NCBI GenBank assembly: GCA_965248535.1
Contig: CBDFJR010000002.1
Span: 1,312,001 to 1,376,000, forward strand
DNA length: 64,000 nucleotides
DNA from: Phormidesmis sp.
GTDB lineage: Bacteria; Cyanobacteriota; Cyanobacteriia; Leptolyngbyales; Leptolyngbyaceae
Direction of reading: 5' to 3'
Part shown: piece by piece, positions 1-9,807 of the stretch
How positions within the stretch are numbered: position 1 is the stretch's first letter
How the letters are laid out: every line of letters begins with the position of its first letter
Position numbers and translations under genes: made by a program
The notes under the pieces: generated by a model
Told to the model about the DNA's origin: nothing
What the model saw: only the letters and a program-made list of their open reading frames with translations
The model's database searches: none

Positions 1-634
1 ACGTTGCCAGCATCGCCCAGCAGAACAAGGGCATCTGGTTTAGCCCCATTCCCGGTATCCGCATTTTGAAAATCGTGACGATGAAGTTCACCGCCGCCAA
101 AATCGAAGATGTTCCCAGCAGCAAAACGCTGAGAATCCAAATCAGTTCGCCGGGCTTGCCGTTCATCAAGCTTAGAGGCGGATAAGAAGTCCAGCCTGAG
201 CCAGGGGCACCGACGAAAAAGCTCGACATCAAGAGAATTCCAGCAGGCGGAATAATCCAGAAGGCGATCGCGTTGAGGCGAGGAAACGCCATATCTCGCG
301 CCCCAATCATCAGGGGGATCAGATAATTGCCAAATCCACCTGTTCCCGCCGGAACAATCCACAAAAAGATCATCACCGTCGCGTGAACCGTGAATAAGCT
401 GTTGTAGACTTCACGACTGACAAAATCAGATTCGGGAGTGGCCAACTCAGTTCGCACCATCGTCGCCAGCACGCCACCCACGAGATAGAAAATAAATGTG
501 GTGACTAAGTACTGAATCCCGATTACTTTGTGGTCGGTGCTAAAACCAAAATATTTGCGCCAATCGCCTTGATCCGGCTCGGTGCCGCGGGCAGGAAGAT
601 TGGCTTGTTCTTGAAAGTCTGCGGCTTGGGTCAT
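1..634 (-). CDS. ctaD: Cytochrome c oxidase subunit I, 5' part (runs off window)
   Basis: Manual translation from ATG 634 gives MTQAADFQEQANLPARGTEPDQGDWRKYFGFSTDHKVIGIQY, later DMAFPRLNAIAFW and GWTSYPPL; follows ctaC on the same strand. Confidence 0.95.
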   Translation of the reverse strand, partial: MTQAADFQEQANLPARGTEPDQGDWRKYFGFSTDHKVIGIQYLVTTFIFYLVGGVLATMVRTELATPESDFVSREVYNSLFTVHATVMIFLWIVPAGTGGFGNYLIPLMIGARDMAFPRLNAIAFWIIPPAGILLMSSFFVGAPGSGWTSYPPLSLMNGKPGELIWILSVLLLGTSSILAAVNFIVTIFKMRIPGMGLNQMPLFCWAMLAT

Positions 635-655
635 AGGAAATGTGAAGGGTTCTCT

Positions 656-706
656 GTCATTCGTCACAGGTCATGGGTCACAGGTCATTAGCTAACGACG
701 AATGAC
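656..706. repeat. Heptamer tandem repeat (STRR-like) forming an inverted repeat in the ctaC-ctaD spacer
   Basis: GTCATTC GTCACAG GTCATGG GTCACAG GTCATTA followed by GACGAATGAC, the reverse complement of GTCATTCGTC. Confidence 0.7.
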
Positions 707-715
707 GCATCACCA

Positions 716-1735
716 CTAGCTCATGGAAGGGTGATCAGAATGGAGTTGCTTCAGCGTGTCTGTGCTGATCCCGACTTCTTTGGCGTAGGGAGCGAGATAT
801 TCAGCTTCAGTCATGGCGGCTGGGGTCGTAGCAATCGCTTTGCTCAGTCCTTCAGCGCTGGCAACTTGCTGACTCTGAATCCATTTTTGGACATCTTCAG
901 CAGATTCAACAATCACTTTAGTGTTCATTGCGCCGTGGTAAGCACCACACAATTCAGCACAGATCAGAGGATATTCTCCCAATCGGTTGGCCGTAAATCG
1001 CACTTCAGTTTGCTGTCCGGGAACGGCATCCTGCTTAAGGCGAAACTGAGGCACCCAGAACGCATGAATCACGTCATTTGCAGTCAGGTTAACTAGCACT
1101 TTCTGGTTGATTGGCACATGCAGTTCACCCGCCACGACCTCAGTGCCAGGGTAAGTAAACAGCCAAGCATACTGCATTCCCGCTACGTTGACGACAAACT
1201 CAGGAGTTCCTGATTCTGCGCCGCCGATCGTGGGAGACACCACAGGCGCTGACGCATCATTGCTCTGAGCCAGATCTGCGGCATTAGCTTGGGCCATCAA
1301 AGTGCCCGCCATGGCCGATCCAGGCATAGTAGCCATCTGTTGATGGGCTTTGCCGTGGGCCATTGAGTGATCCATCGGGTCATTGCCCCCGTTTTCGTTG
1401 TAAATATCAAAACTCAGGATTGAGATGCCCAGAACCATAATGGCTGGGATCGCTGTCCAGAGGATTTCTAGGGGAATATTGCCATGAACGGGCGGCCCAT
1501 CTGACTCGTCGCCGTGATCCCGGCGAAACTTGAAGGCAGAGTAGACCAACACGCCGATAACGAGTAGAAAAATCCCCGTTCCGATCGTCATCATTAAATT
1601 GAAAAGGCTATCAATGCGGATAGACTCTACCGACGCAGAAACGGGTAAAAGATCATGATTCTGACCGTACCAGAAGCTGACCAGGGTCAGAGCGATACCA
1701 GCCAGCAGGGTTGTAATCTGACTTGGAATATTCAC
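716..1735 (-). CDS. ctaC: Cytochrome c oxidase subunit II
   Basis: LEILWTAIP, DVIHAFWVP and CuA motif CAELCGAYHGAM. Confidence 0.97.
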   Translation of the reverse strand: MNIPSQITTLLAGIALTLVSFWYGQNHDLLPVSASVESIRIDSLFNLMMTIGTGIFLLVIGVLVYSAFKFRRDHGDESDGPPVHGNIPLEILWTAIPAIMVLGISILSFDIYNENGGNDPMDHSMAHGKAHQQMATMPGSAMAGTLMAQANAADLAQSNDASAPVVSPTIGGAESGTPEFVVNVAGMQYAWLFTYPGTEVVAGELHVPINQKVLVNLTANDVIHAFWVPQFRLKQDAVPGQQTEVRFTANRLGEYPLICAELCGAYHGAMNTKVIVESAEDVQKWIQSQQVASAEGLSKAIATTPAAMTEAEYLAPYAKEVGISTDTLKQLHSDHPSMS

Positions 1736-2167
1736 AGTTCGTCAAATCTCACAAACAACTGGGCGATCGCATCAGCGACCTAATGAGAACTATCGAAGGT
1801 GCCCTGAATTTTTTAGAGCTTGAATCTAACTTTAGAGGGTGTCTTGAGGTCGATACCTCCACCATACTGCACCTGAACAGTTTCAAGGTTTCAGGCTCAA
1901 AATTCACGGCTACTCGTTCGTCTAACTACACGGTAAGCTACCCATCTCGGTAGGGGGCAACCATTTAATTATCCTTAAGAATCTCTTTGGGATCTGGTTT
2001 AAAAGGTGACTGACTCCTCGCGTCCCTTTGGCTGCAATCGGAAGAAATTCCGAAAGCTGGTCACGAATTAGATTTGCTTCATTAAAGTAGACGCTAGAGT
2101 AGATACTCACTGCTTAGTTAACTTTTATTTTATTTTCATCAAGCATTGGAACAAAGGCTCTTACCTC

Positions 2168-3121
2168 ATGTCTGACTCTTTCCTGCATCAGCCCGCCGTC
2201 TCAACACCTGATCCCACCGTGGTTAGAACTTGGGTGACCCGTCTGGTGTTTGGGTTAGCGATCGCGACGCTCTTTTTAATGGCTCTCGGCAGCGCCACCC
2301 GCGTCATGAATGCTGGGCTGTCATGCCCTGACTGGCCCCTCTGCTACGGTGAGTTTGTCCCGCGTGACCAGATGAATCTTCAGGTGTTTTTAGAATGGTT
2401 TCATCGACTGATCGCCACATCCATGGGATTTGCCACAATTGGCCTAGCCGCCCTAGCTTGGTGGTATCGCCGCGCCCTGCCTAACTGGACTCCTTGGGCA
2501 GCGGCGTTTGCCCTATTCTTGGTCGTCGTGCAAGGGGTTTTGGGCGGGCTGACCGTCACGGAACTGCTGCGATTTGACATTGTGACCGCTCACCTCGGCA
2601 CCGGACTGCTGTTTTTCAGCACCCTAGTTGCCATTGGCACCACCCTAATTTCCCACAACGGAACGGGAACCGTGGGCAACCTCAAGTGGGTAGGGTTGGG
2701 CGCGGCGATTTTGGTCTACCTGCAAAGTATTCTGGGTGGGCTAGTCTCTTCTCAGTGGGCACTGCATCAATGCTTTGGCACTCAGCAGCTATGCATTGTG
2801 ATGAACAGTCATTTGGCTGGAGTGGTTCCGGCAACGATCGCCACTCTGACCCTGATCGTTCTCACCTGGCGAACTCCAGCCCTATCTCCGTCGCTGCGGC
2901 GCTGGGCCACTCTGGCAGGGCTTTGTCTCGTGCTGCAAATCGCCCTAGGAGTCGCCACCTTCCGTCTTCACCTTCAGGTTGAGCCGCTCACGGTTGCTCA
3001 CCAGGCAGTCGGGGCTTCCCTCCTCGGAACTTTAATTATCTTCACGGTTTTGGCATTTCGAGATGCTCCAGTTCTCAAGGGTCTGATCGAAGAAGTCTCG
3101 ATCGACGTTTCTGCATCTTGA
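2168..3121 (+). CDS. ctaA: Heme A synthase (COX15/CtaA)
   Basis: GLSCPDWPLCYG and EWFHR motifs, multiple TM segments, divergent from ctaC. Confidence 0.95.
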   Translation: MSDSFLHQPAVSTPDPTVVRTWVTRLVFGLAIATLFLMALGSATRVMNAGLSCPDWPLCYGEFVPRDQMNLQVFLEWFHRLIATSMGFATIGLAALAWWYRRALPNWTPWAAAFALFLVVVQGVLGGLTVTELLRFDIVTAHLGTGLLFFSTLVAIGTTLISHNGTGTVGNLKWVGLGAAILVYLQSILGGLVSSQWALHQCFGTQQLCIVMNSHLAGVVPATIATLTLIVLTWRTPALSPSLRRWATLAGLCLVLQIALGVATFRLHLQVEPLTVAHQAVGASLLGTLIIFTVLAFRDAPVLKGLIEEVSIDVSAS

Positions 3122-3171
3122 CTGTTTGCCTCTTTTTTCCTCCTACTCTCCCCTTTCGGAACCTTTAGAGA

Positions 3172-4152
3172 ATGCAAAATACTGCGCTTCCTGGCATTTC
3201 TCGCCACAACCAAGATTTTCCCCACGTCATTCAAAGCTATTGGCAACTGACCAAGCCGCGGATTATTTTGCTGCTGCTAATCACCACCGCAGGCGGCATG
3301 TGGATTGCGGCTGAAGGACAAGTTGATCCCTTTTTGCTGATCATCACGCTGGTGGGCGGAGCGTTTTCGGCAGGCGCGGCCAACACGATTAACTGTTTAT
3401 ACGATCGTGACATCGACTACATCATGGAGCGCACTCGCCACCGCCCGCTGCCATCGGGTCGAGTCAGCCCTAGAGATGCGCTAATTTTTGCGACGATTCT
3501 GGCGGTGACTGCTTTTACTCTCTTGGCAGTTTTTGCAAATCTGCTTAGTGCAGGTCTCGCCATGTCGGGCATCTTTTGCTATGTCGTGGTTTACACGCAC
3601 TGGCTCAAGCGTCATAGCACTCAAAATATCGTCATCGGTGGGGCTGCTGGCGCGATTCCGCCGCTGGTTGGCTGGGCTGCGGTGACGGGCGATCTTAGTT
3701 GGGCGGCTTGGGTGCTGTTTGCGATCGTGTTTATGTGGACTCCGCCTCACTTTTGGGCGTTGGCGATCATGATTCGCGAAGACTATGCCAAAGTGGGCGT
3801 GCCAATGATGCCCGTGGTTGAAGGCAACGAATCAACCAGCTACCAGATTCTCTATTACACGCTGGCTTTGATCCCCGTGACGCTGCTGCTGGTCTACCCG
3901 CTGCATGTGATGGGGGCGGTGTATGCGGCGATCGCCCTCTTGCTCGGTGGGGTGTTTGTGCAAAAAGCCTGGAAGTTAGTTCAAGAACCGTCTGAACTAA
4001 TGGTAGCTAAGTCTTTGTTCAAATATTCGATTCTCTACCTGATGCTGCTGTGTGCAGGCATGGGAATTGACAGCTTGCCCATGACGCACCAACTCACAGA
4101 CACTCTTTTTTCTAACCTGCATACCCTAGTGGGGCTGATTTCTGGGCGCTAG
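3172..4152 (+). CDS. ctaB: Protoheme IX farnesyltransferase (heme O synthase)
   Basis: [21 protein letters not shown] and WTPPHFWAL motifs. Confidence 0.97.
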   Translation: MQNTALPGISRHNQDFPHVIQSYWQLTKPRIILLLLITTAGGMWIAAEGQVDPFLLIITLVGGAFSAGAANTINCLYDRDIDYIMERTRHRPLPSGRVSPRDALIFATILAVTAFTLLAVFANLLSAGLAMSGIFCYVVVYTHWLKRHSTQNIVIGGAAGAIPPLVGWAAVTGDLSWAAWVLFAIVFMWTPPHFWALAIMIREDYAKVGVPMMPVVEGNESTSYQILYYTLALIPVTLLLVYPLHVMGAVYAAIALLLGGVFVQKAWKLVQEPSELMVAKSLFKYSILYLMLLCAGMGIDSLPMTHQLTDTLFSNLHTLVGLISGR

Positions 4153-4267
4153 GAGGGGGATCATTGACGGACTGAATGACGATTGCACCCATTCAACTCG
4201 TCAATGCTCTCTACAATAAAAGAGAGCAGCGATCGAGATTTGTATCCCATTTAAGGGAGGAGTATTC

Positions 4268-5287
4268 ATGGCTCCTGCGGTTTTAATTGAACACCTTCAG
4301 AAACGCTATGGCGCGATCGAAGCGGTCAAAAATGTTTCTTTGCAGGTAGAGTCGGGCGAGATTTTTGGATTATTGGGCCCCAACGGAGCCGGAAAAACCA
4401 CGACTCTGAGATGTTTGTGCACCCTGACCGATCCTGACTCAGGACGCATCGAGGTCTCTGGGATCTCAGCGATCGAGCAGCCCCGTCTAGCCCGGCAGCA
4501 TTTGGGCTATGTTGCTCAAGAAGTTGCCCTAGACAAAGTTTTAACCGGACGAGAACTGCTAGAGCTTCAGGCAGCCCTCTACCATCTGCCTCGGCAGTCT
4601 ATCCGATCGCGAATTGCCGAAATTTTGACCCTGTTGGGATTGGATGAATGGGCAGATCAGAAATCGGGCACCTACTCCGGCGGCTTAAAAAAACGCCTGG
4701 ATCTAGCGGCTGGGCTGCTCCATCAGCCCGATGTGCTCATTCTCGACGAGCCAACAGTTGGGTTAGATATTGAAAGCCGAGTCGCCGTGTGGAGCTTTTT
4801 GCGCCAACTGCGATCGCAGGGAACCACTATTTTAATCACCAGCCACTATTTAGAAGAAGTGGATGCTCTGGCCGATCGAGTGGCCATTATCGATCGCGGA
4901 GTCGTGATTGCATCGGGCACGCCGTCAGAGTTAAAAGATCAGGTGGGGGGCGATCGGGTTACCCTGCGAATTCGCGAATTCTCTCCGGTGGAGGAAGCTG
5001 AACAGGCCAAGGTTTTGCTAGCAGCGTTGCCCCTGGTGCAGGACGTGATCATCAACCACGCTCAAGGAAACTCTCTCAATCTAGTCGTCGTTCCTCAAAG
5101 TGAAGCCTTGATGAGCATTCAACACGCCCTTCAGCAGGCTGGGCTACCCATGTTTGGCATTGCTCAAGCGCGTCCTAGCTTAGATGATGTCTATCTCAAT
5201 GCGACGGGTCGCACCCTTTTAGATGCCGAGCTTGCTGCGGCCGGAAATCGCGATCTCAAAGCCGAAAAAAAGCAAAATATGCGCTGA
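4268..5287 (+). CDS. ABC-2 transporter ATP-binding protein (DrrA-like)
   Basis: Walker A GPNGAGKT, signature YSGG, ILDEP. Confidence 0.93.
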   Translation: MAPAVLIEHLQKRYGAIEAVKNVSLQVESGEIFGLLGPNGAGKTTTLRCLCTLTDPDSGRIEVSGISAIEQPRLARQHLGYVAQEVALDKVLTGRELLELQAALYHLPRQSIRSRIAEILTLLGLDEWADQKSGTYSGGLKKRLDLAAGLLHQPDVLILDEPTVGLDIESRVAVWSFLRQLRSQGTTILITSHYLEEVDALADRVAIIDRGVVIASGTPSELKDQVGGDRVTLRIREFSPVEEAEQAKVLLAALPLVQDVIINHAQGNSLNLVVVPQSEALMSIQHALQQAGLPMFGIAQARPSLDDVYLNATGRTLLDAELAAAGNRDLKAEKKQNMR

Positions 5288-5317
5288 TTTCGTTGTCCCT
5301 CATTTCAAAATTGTCCT

Positions 5318-6202
5318 ATGAGTCGCACAATTACGCCTCCTCAGTCTGAATTTAAAAGCCCAGTCAGCCCGATCGCGCTCCCAAAATCTACGCCGTTGAG
5401 CGACTTTATTCAAGAAACGCTGGCGTTGACTCGTCGGTTGTTTATTCAGCTTCAGCGTCGCCCTTCGACCCTGGCCGCCGGAATTATTCAGCCGTTGATG
5501 TGGCTGGTTCTATTTGGGGCCTTGTTTCAAAACGCGCCTCAGGGGTTATTTGGAGAGAGCGCCAGCTATGGGCAGTTTCTCGGTGCGGGGATCATTGTCT
5601 TCACAGCCTTTGGGGGCGCACTAAATGCTGGGCTGCCCGTGATGTTTGATCGGGAGTTTGGATTTCTGAATCGGTTGCTGGTTGCACCGCTTGCCTCTCG
5701 CTTCTCGATCGTGATGGCCTCTGCCATTTTTATCACGACGTTGAGCTTGATTCAGACGGGGGCGATCGTGGCGATGAGTGCGTTTCTAGGGTCAGGGTTA
5801 CCCAACGCATTAGGGTTGGCGTTGGTCGGGCTAATTGTCTTAATGCTGGTTCTCGCAGTCACTGCATTGAGTTTGGGGTTAGCGTTTGCGTTGCCGGGTC
5901 ACATTGAGTTGATCGCAGTGATCTTTGTCACTAACTTACCCCTGCTGTTTGCGAGCACGGCATTAGTGCCCCTATCGTTTATGCCCCATTGGTTGCAGGT
6001 GGTGGCGACGCTGAACCCATTAAGCTATGCGATCGAGCCGATTCGCTATGTCTATTTGCACTCTGATTGGACTCTGAGCAGTGTCGTTGTGCAAGCCCCG
6101 TGGGGAGCCGTCACGATGGGCACCTCTCTGCTGATTTTGTTAGGGTTTAACGGAGTGGCGTTTTTGGCGATTCAGCCTTTGTTGAAGCGCACTTTAGCCT
6201 AG
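5318..6202 (+). CDS. ABC-2 transporter permease (Ycf38-like)
   Basis: QPLMWL, DREFGFLNRLLVAP, NPLSYA; about 6 TM segments; directly follows the ATPase. Confidence 0.9.
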   Translation: MSRTITPPQSEFKSPVSPIALPKSTPLSDFIQETLALTRRLFIQLQRRPSTLAAGIIQPLMWLVLFGALFQNAPQGLFGESASYGQFLGAGIIVFTAFGGALNAGLPVMFDREFGFLNRLLVAPLASRFSIVMASAIFITTLSLIQTGAIVAMSAFLGSGLPNALGLALVGLIVLMLVLAVTALSLGLAFALPGHIELIAVIFVTNLPLLFASTALVPLSFMPHWLQVVATLNPLSYAIEPIRYVYLHSDWTLSSVVVQAPWGAVTMGTSLLILLGFNGVAFLAIQPLLKRTLA

Positions 6203-6293
6203 AAGTCTAAAATAAGATTTTCAGGAGCAAATCATAGATTATTGCGTCTTGAGTAGAATTAGCAATAGAAACTCATTCAGAATTCAAATAGCA

Positions 6294-6692
6294 ATGAAAA
6301 CCAAATTTAAGCGTCAGTCTATTAATCGGCTTGCCTGGGTTGCGCTTAATCTTGTTGTGGGATTAGGCTTGGCTGCTTTGGTAGCCCGACCGTCGATCGC
6401 TCAGGTGACAAACGTCGATCCTTTTAAAGACACTCAATCAAAAGACGGGCTTTCTGACATTTTTTCTAACCGCAATGACGGCTCGACGAGCAGTGTGTTT
6501 GATTTAATGCAGCGCATCATCAGGGGTGGAACAAACCCGGCTGATTTTAAAGCACAACAGCAGCAAAACCTAGATGATGCAGCCGCCCAGTTTCGGGCCC
6601 AGCAGCGACAGCGAATCCAGGGGCAACCGCCCCAAACGGTGCCTTCAACACCTCAGATTGTGCTGCCTGCGGGGACGATTTCAACCCCGTAG
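6294..6692 (+). CDS. Hypothetical exported protein
   Basis: Signal-peptide-like N-terminus ending PSIAQ; Gln-rich; ATG 6294 preferred over the TTG at 6249. Confidence 0.65.
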   Translation: MKTKFKRQSINRLAWVALNLVVGLGLAALVARPSIAQVTNVDPFKDTQSKDGLSDIFSNRNDGSTSSVFDLMQRIIRGGTNPADFKAQQQQNLDDAAAQFRAQQRQRIQGQPPQTVPSTPQIVLPAGTISTP

Positions 6693-6735
6693 TTTAACTG
6701 GCTGCCCCCATTAAAACATTTGAGGTGACAGTGAC

Positions 6736-7068
6736 GTGAGCACGTCTGCGATCGAGTTGCCGATGAATGCGATTGCTGAGTTTTGCGATCGCTGGCACGT
6801 CATAGAATTTGCCCTTTTTGGCTCTGTCCTACGTCAAGATTTTCGCCCTGATAGTGATATTGACGTGATGGTGCGATTTCACCCAGAGTCCCATCCCACT
6901 TTGTTTGACTTAGTTTATATGGAGGATGAATTAAAAATTCTCTTTGAGAGAGACGTTGATTTGGTGACTCGCAAAGGGATCGAGACGAGTCGTAACTATC
7001 TACGTCGAGAAGCAATTCTCTCGTCTGCTCAAGTAATTTATGGAACGCGATCTTCAATCTCTGCTTGA
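6736..7068 (+). CDS. Minimal nucleotidyltransferase (MNT) antitoxin
   Basis: FGSVLRQDFRPDSDIDV (GS-x10-DxD) motif; overlaps the HEPN gene. Confidence 0.9.
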   Translation: MSTSAIELPMNAIAEFCDRWHVIEFALFGSVLRQDFRPDSDIDVMVRFHPESHPTLFDLVYMEDELKILFERDVDLVTRKGIETSRNYLRREAILSSAQVIYGTRSSISA

Positions 7069-7402
7069 TGTGTTGCAGTCTGCCCAAATCGCTACGGGGT
7101 ACGTGACTGGGCGATCGCCAGATCAGCTAATCACTGATCTGCAATTTCAAGATGCACTGATTCGCCGACTTTTGATCATTGGTGAAGCCTCAAAGCGAGT
7201 TTCTCAAGCAACTCGACAAACCTTAACGACTATTCCCTGGGCTGCTATTAATGGCATGAGAAACCGACTCATTCACGAATATGATGAAATCGACCTGGAT
7301 GTTGTTTGGAATACAGCAGTTAACAGCTTACCAGCCTTGATTTTAGCTCTAGAGAAAGTATTTCTTAGTGAGCAGCCTGAGTTACCCAAGGAAGAAGGCT
7401 AA
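7040..7402 (+). CDS. HEPN/DUF86 RNase toxin (HepT-like)
   Basis: IGEASK and IPW..I.GMRNRLIHEY (Rx4H) motifs. Confidence 0.9.
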   Translation: MERDLQSLLDVLQSAQIATGYVTGRSPDQLITDLQFQDALIRRLLIIGEASKRVSQATRQTLTTIPWAAINGMRNRLIHEYDEIDLDVVWNTAVNSLPALILALEKVFLSEQPELPKEEG

Positions 7403-7405
7403 CTT

Positions 7406-7582
7406 AGATCTTGCACTTCTGGCAACAACCGCCAAGAATTGAAGTTCGTGACTCATCGCTCAAACCCATTGAAATAGGTTGAAATCTTTTCCCAGTCCTC
7501 TTCAGAGGACTTTTGCTGCTATTAGCCCGAATTTTAATTCAGGATGGGCGATCGGGAAATCGTTGAGACTGGTGCAAGATCT
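7406..7582. mobile_element. 177-bp MITE-like element with 11-bp terminal inverted repeats
   Basis: AGATCTTGCAC (7406-7416) and GTGCAAGATCT (7572-7582); internal hairpin AGTCCTC-TTCA-GAGGACT; no ORF. Confidence 0.7.
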
Positions 7583-7590
7583 GACCTAAG

Positions 7591-9081
7591 TTAGATTTCT
7601 TCGGTTAAAAGCTCTTCGGATTGCAAATTGCCGGGCACGGCTTTTGATGACAGTAGTGATTTGATCACTTGTCCGATCGAGGGCCCGCGCTTTTCGTGCA
7701 CAAACACGAGAGGCAGCAGCGCGAGCAACCGCACCACACTAGAAAGGGCAAAGAGTCCCGGTATGCCACCATAGTCAGCAAATTGAGCCAGATATCCGCC
7801 AGCAGTGGTTCCTAACGCGCCACTAACCCCCGCGATCGCGGCCGCTACTGCAAAATAAGTTGCCTGATGTTTAACCGACGCGATGCCTAGTTGAATGTTG
7901 TTGTTACACAGGTCGATCGCGGCCCAAGTGCCGCCGCTAAAAAGGTGCAATAGCGGTAGCCACAGCCAGATCGAGACGGCGTTTGCCCCTGTTGCCAGCC
8001 AAAAGAGCGGCGTAACGGCGACCAAAACTCCGACTAGCAGCAGCAGCGCTCGATTGCCAAACCGATCGGCGAGTTTGCCCCAAAAAAGCATCATTACTAG
8101 GTTTGCCCCAGCCGTCAGACTGTTGTAGGCCGTCACCCCAGCCACGTCGATCGCCAGATTATCCAACATATATAAGTTAAAAAATGGCGAACTCAAATTG
8201 ACGGCAAACATCCACAGACTAAAGTAGACCAAGAAGCGCAAAAAATTTCCGTCTTGCAAAATGGGCGAGGCAGTTACCCAGTTGATTCCAAACGGCTGAT
8301 CCTCCACGATCGCCGAGTCTTTAGCCGTGACCTCGGCCAATTGCTTTTGAACTTGTGGATTGATATCTGCCATCAACCACTGATAGCCCAGACTCACCAG
8401 CCCCGCAATAATGCCCAGCAGCAAGACTAACCCATAACCCTCAATGGTGCCACGGGGATAAGTAGAGACGATCACCCCTGCGATCGGCACAGCAATCAAG
8501 CAAGTCAAACTAGCGGCGCTGTTGCGAATCCCAAAATAGCGGCCTCTCAGTCGTCGCGGCACTAATGCCGCCAGCCAACTCAGCCAGGCAGCGCTTCCCA
8601 AAGCTCCTAAGACGTGGGTGGCACAGACGATTAGCAGCGTCCACTGCACGAGCAGGTGTGACTCTAGCTGTCCCCAACTCGCGATCGCGATGCCGATCAC
8701 CAGCAGCAGCCAGATTAACCGAGCCGGGGCGTAGATCCAAAAACAATACATGTGGCGGCTGCGAGTGCGATCGCTCCAATAAGCCCCCAGAGGCTGCATC
8801 AAATTTGCCACCATCGGAATCGAGGCCGACAGCCCAATCTCAACCGGAGTAGCGTGTAGCTCTACTAAAAAGTTACTGAGCAGCACGCCCCCAACAATAT
8901 TAGAAAAAATCGTCGCAAACACGCCATCGATCGTCGAGGCTCTTAAGCTATTGCGAACGTCCTGTTTAGGCGTTTTAGAATCTGGCTCAGTCACCACAGG
9001 CAGCAGAGACTCAGTGCCCGCGATCGGTTCTGGAGACCCTTGAGGCGGGGAAGTGAGTGTTTTGATCGTCCCTAAATCCAC
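7591..9081 (-). CDS. MFS transporter
   Basis: About 12 TM segments; WGKLADRFGNR motif; RGRYFG. Confidence 0.9.
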   Translation of the reverse strand: MDLGTIKTLTSPPQGSPEPIAGTESLLPVVTEPDSKTPKQDVRNSLRASTIDGVFATIFSNIVGGVLLSNFLVELHATPVEIGLSASIPMVANLMQPLGAYWSDRTRSRHMYCFWIYAPARLIWLLLVIGIAIASWGQLESHLLVQWTLLIVCATHVLGALGSAAWLSWLAALVPRRLRGRYFGIRNSAASLTCLIAVPIAGVIVSTYPRGTIEGYGLVLLLGIIAGLVSLGYQWLMADINPQVQKQLAEVTAKDSAIVEDQPFGINWVTASPILQDGNFLRFLVYFSLWMFAVNLSSPFFNLYMLDNLAIDVAGVTAYNSLTAGANLVMMLFWGKLADRFGNRALLLLVGVLVAVTPLFWLATGANAVSIWLWLPLLHLFSGGTWAAIDLCNNNIQLGIASVKHQATYFAVAAAIAGVSGALGTTAGGYLAQFADYGGIPGLFALSSVVRLLALLPLVFVHEKRGPSIGQVIKSLLSSKAVPGNLQSEELLTEEI

Positions 9082-9237
9082 TGCATACCTCTGAGTGCTT
9101 AGACAGCGCCAGACTTTGTTGCTTCCACAAAGTTTAGCGCGATCGCTGGGTTAAGCTTAAGCAATTCTCAAGGTTTGCTAACTCTCCTTTTGAAGGATTT
9201 CTCAGGAGAGTCGCCAAGATCGGTCTTTCGGAGACTT

Positions 9238-9657
9238 TTACCAGCCTCTTAGCACAGGTTCTCTGAGCAGTTCGCGCTGACCCTTGGTAACCGTGAGCAC
9301 GTTTCCTTTAGGCGTTTTCGCTAAAACATATTCAACATCTTTGTTGACGGCGTGAAAGTAAGTCCCTTTCGGATCAAAATCTTTGAGGGGCACCCGAATG
9401 TTTTGACGGCGATCCTTCTTATTGACCCCGACATAAGTGTTGGGATTATCTCCGCCGCAAATGCTGATCCAGTAGCTCTTGGTTTCCATCGTCAAAAAGG
9501 TGCTATCCCCACGACGACAGTAGTTAGGAATCTTTTGGGCAGCGGTTGGCGAGGTCTCTGCCAACACCGGGGATGCAGCTAGGCACAAGGCTCCTAGCGC
9601 GATCGAGACGCGGTTTAAAGCGGACAGATGCAGGGATCGAGATTGAATTGAGGTCAT
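9238..9657 (-). CDS. Hypothetical secreted protein
   Basis: Signal peptide ending SPVLA-E; conserved-looking ETKSYWISICG; ATG 9657 preferred. Confidence 0.7.
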   Translation of the reverse strand: MTSIQSRSLHLSALNRVSIALGALCLAASPVLAETSPTAAQKIPNYCRRGDSTFLTMETKSYWISICGGDNPNTYVGVNKKDRRQNIRVPLKDFDPKGTYFHAVNKDVEYVLAKTPKGNVLTVTKGQRELLREPVLRGW

Positions 9658-9807
9658 TGTTAGAACTCTGTGTAAAAAAGTACTTCCAAGAAATCCATTA
9701 AACCGCAAAACTACGAATCAGAATCAAGAATTTATGATGAAGAGAGTGCTTACACTGAAGGTACGATCGGCGAAAGTTCTTTTTTCTCTTTTTCTGAGAT
9801 TATTGGC

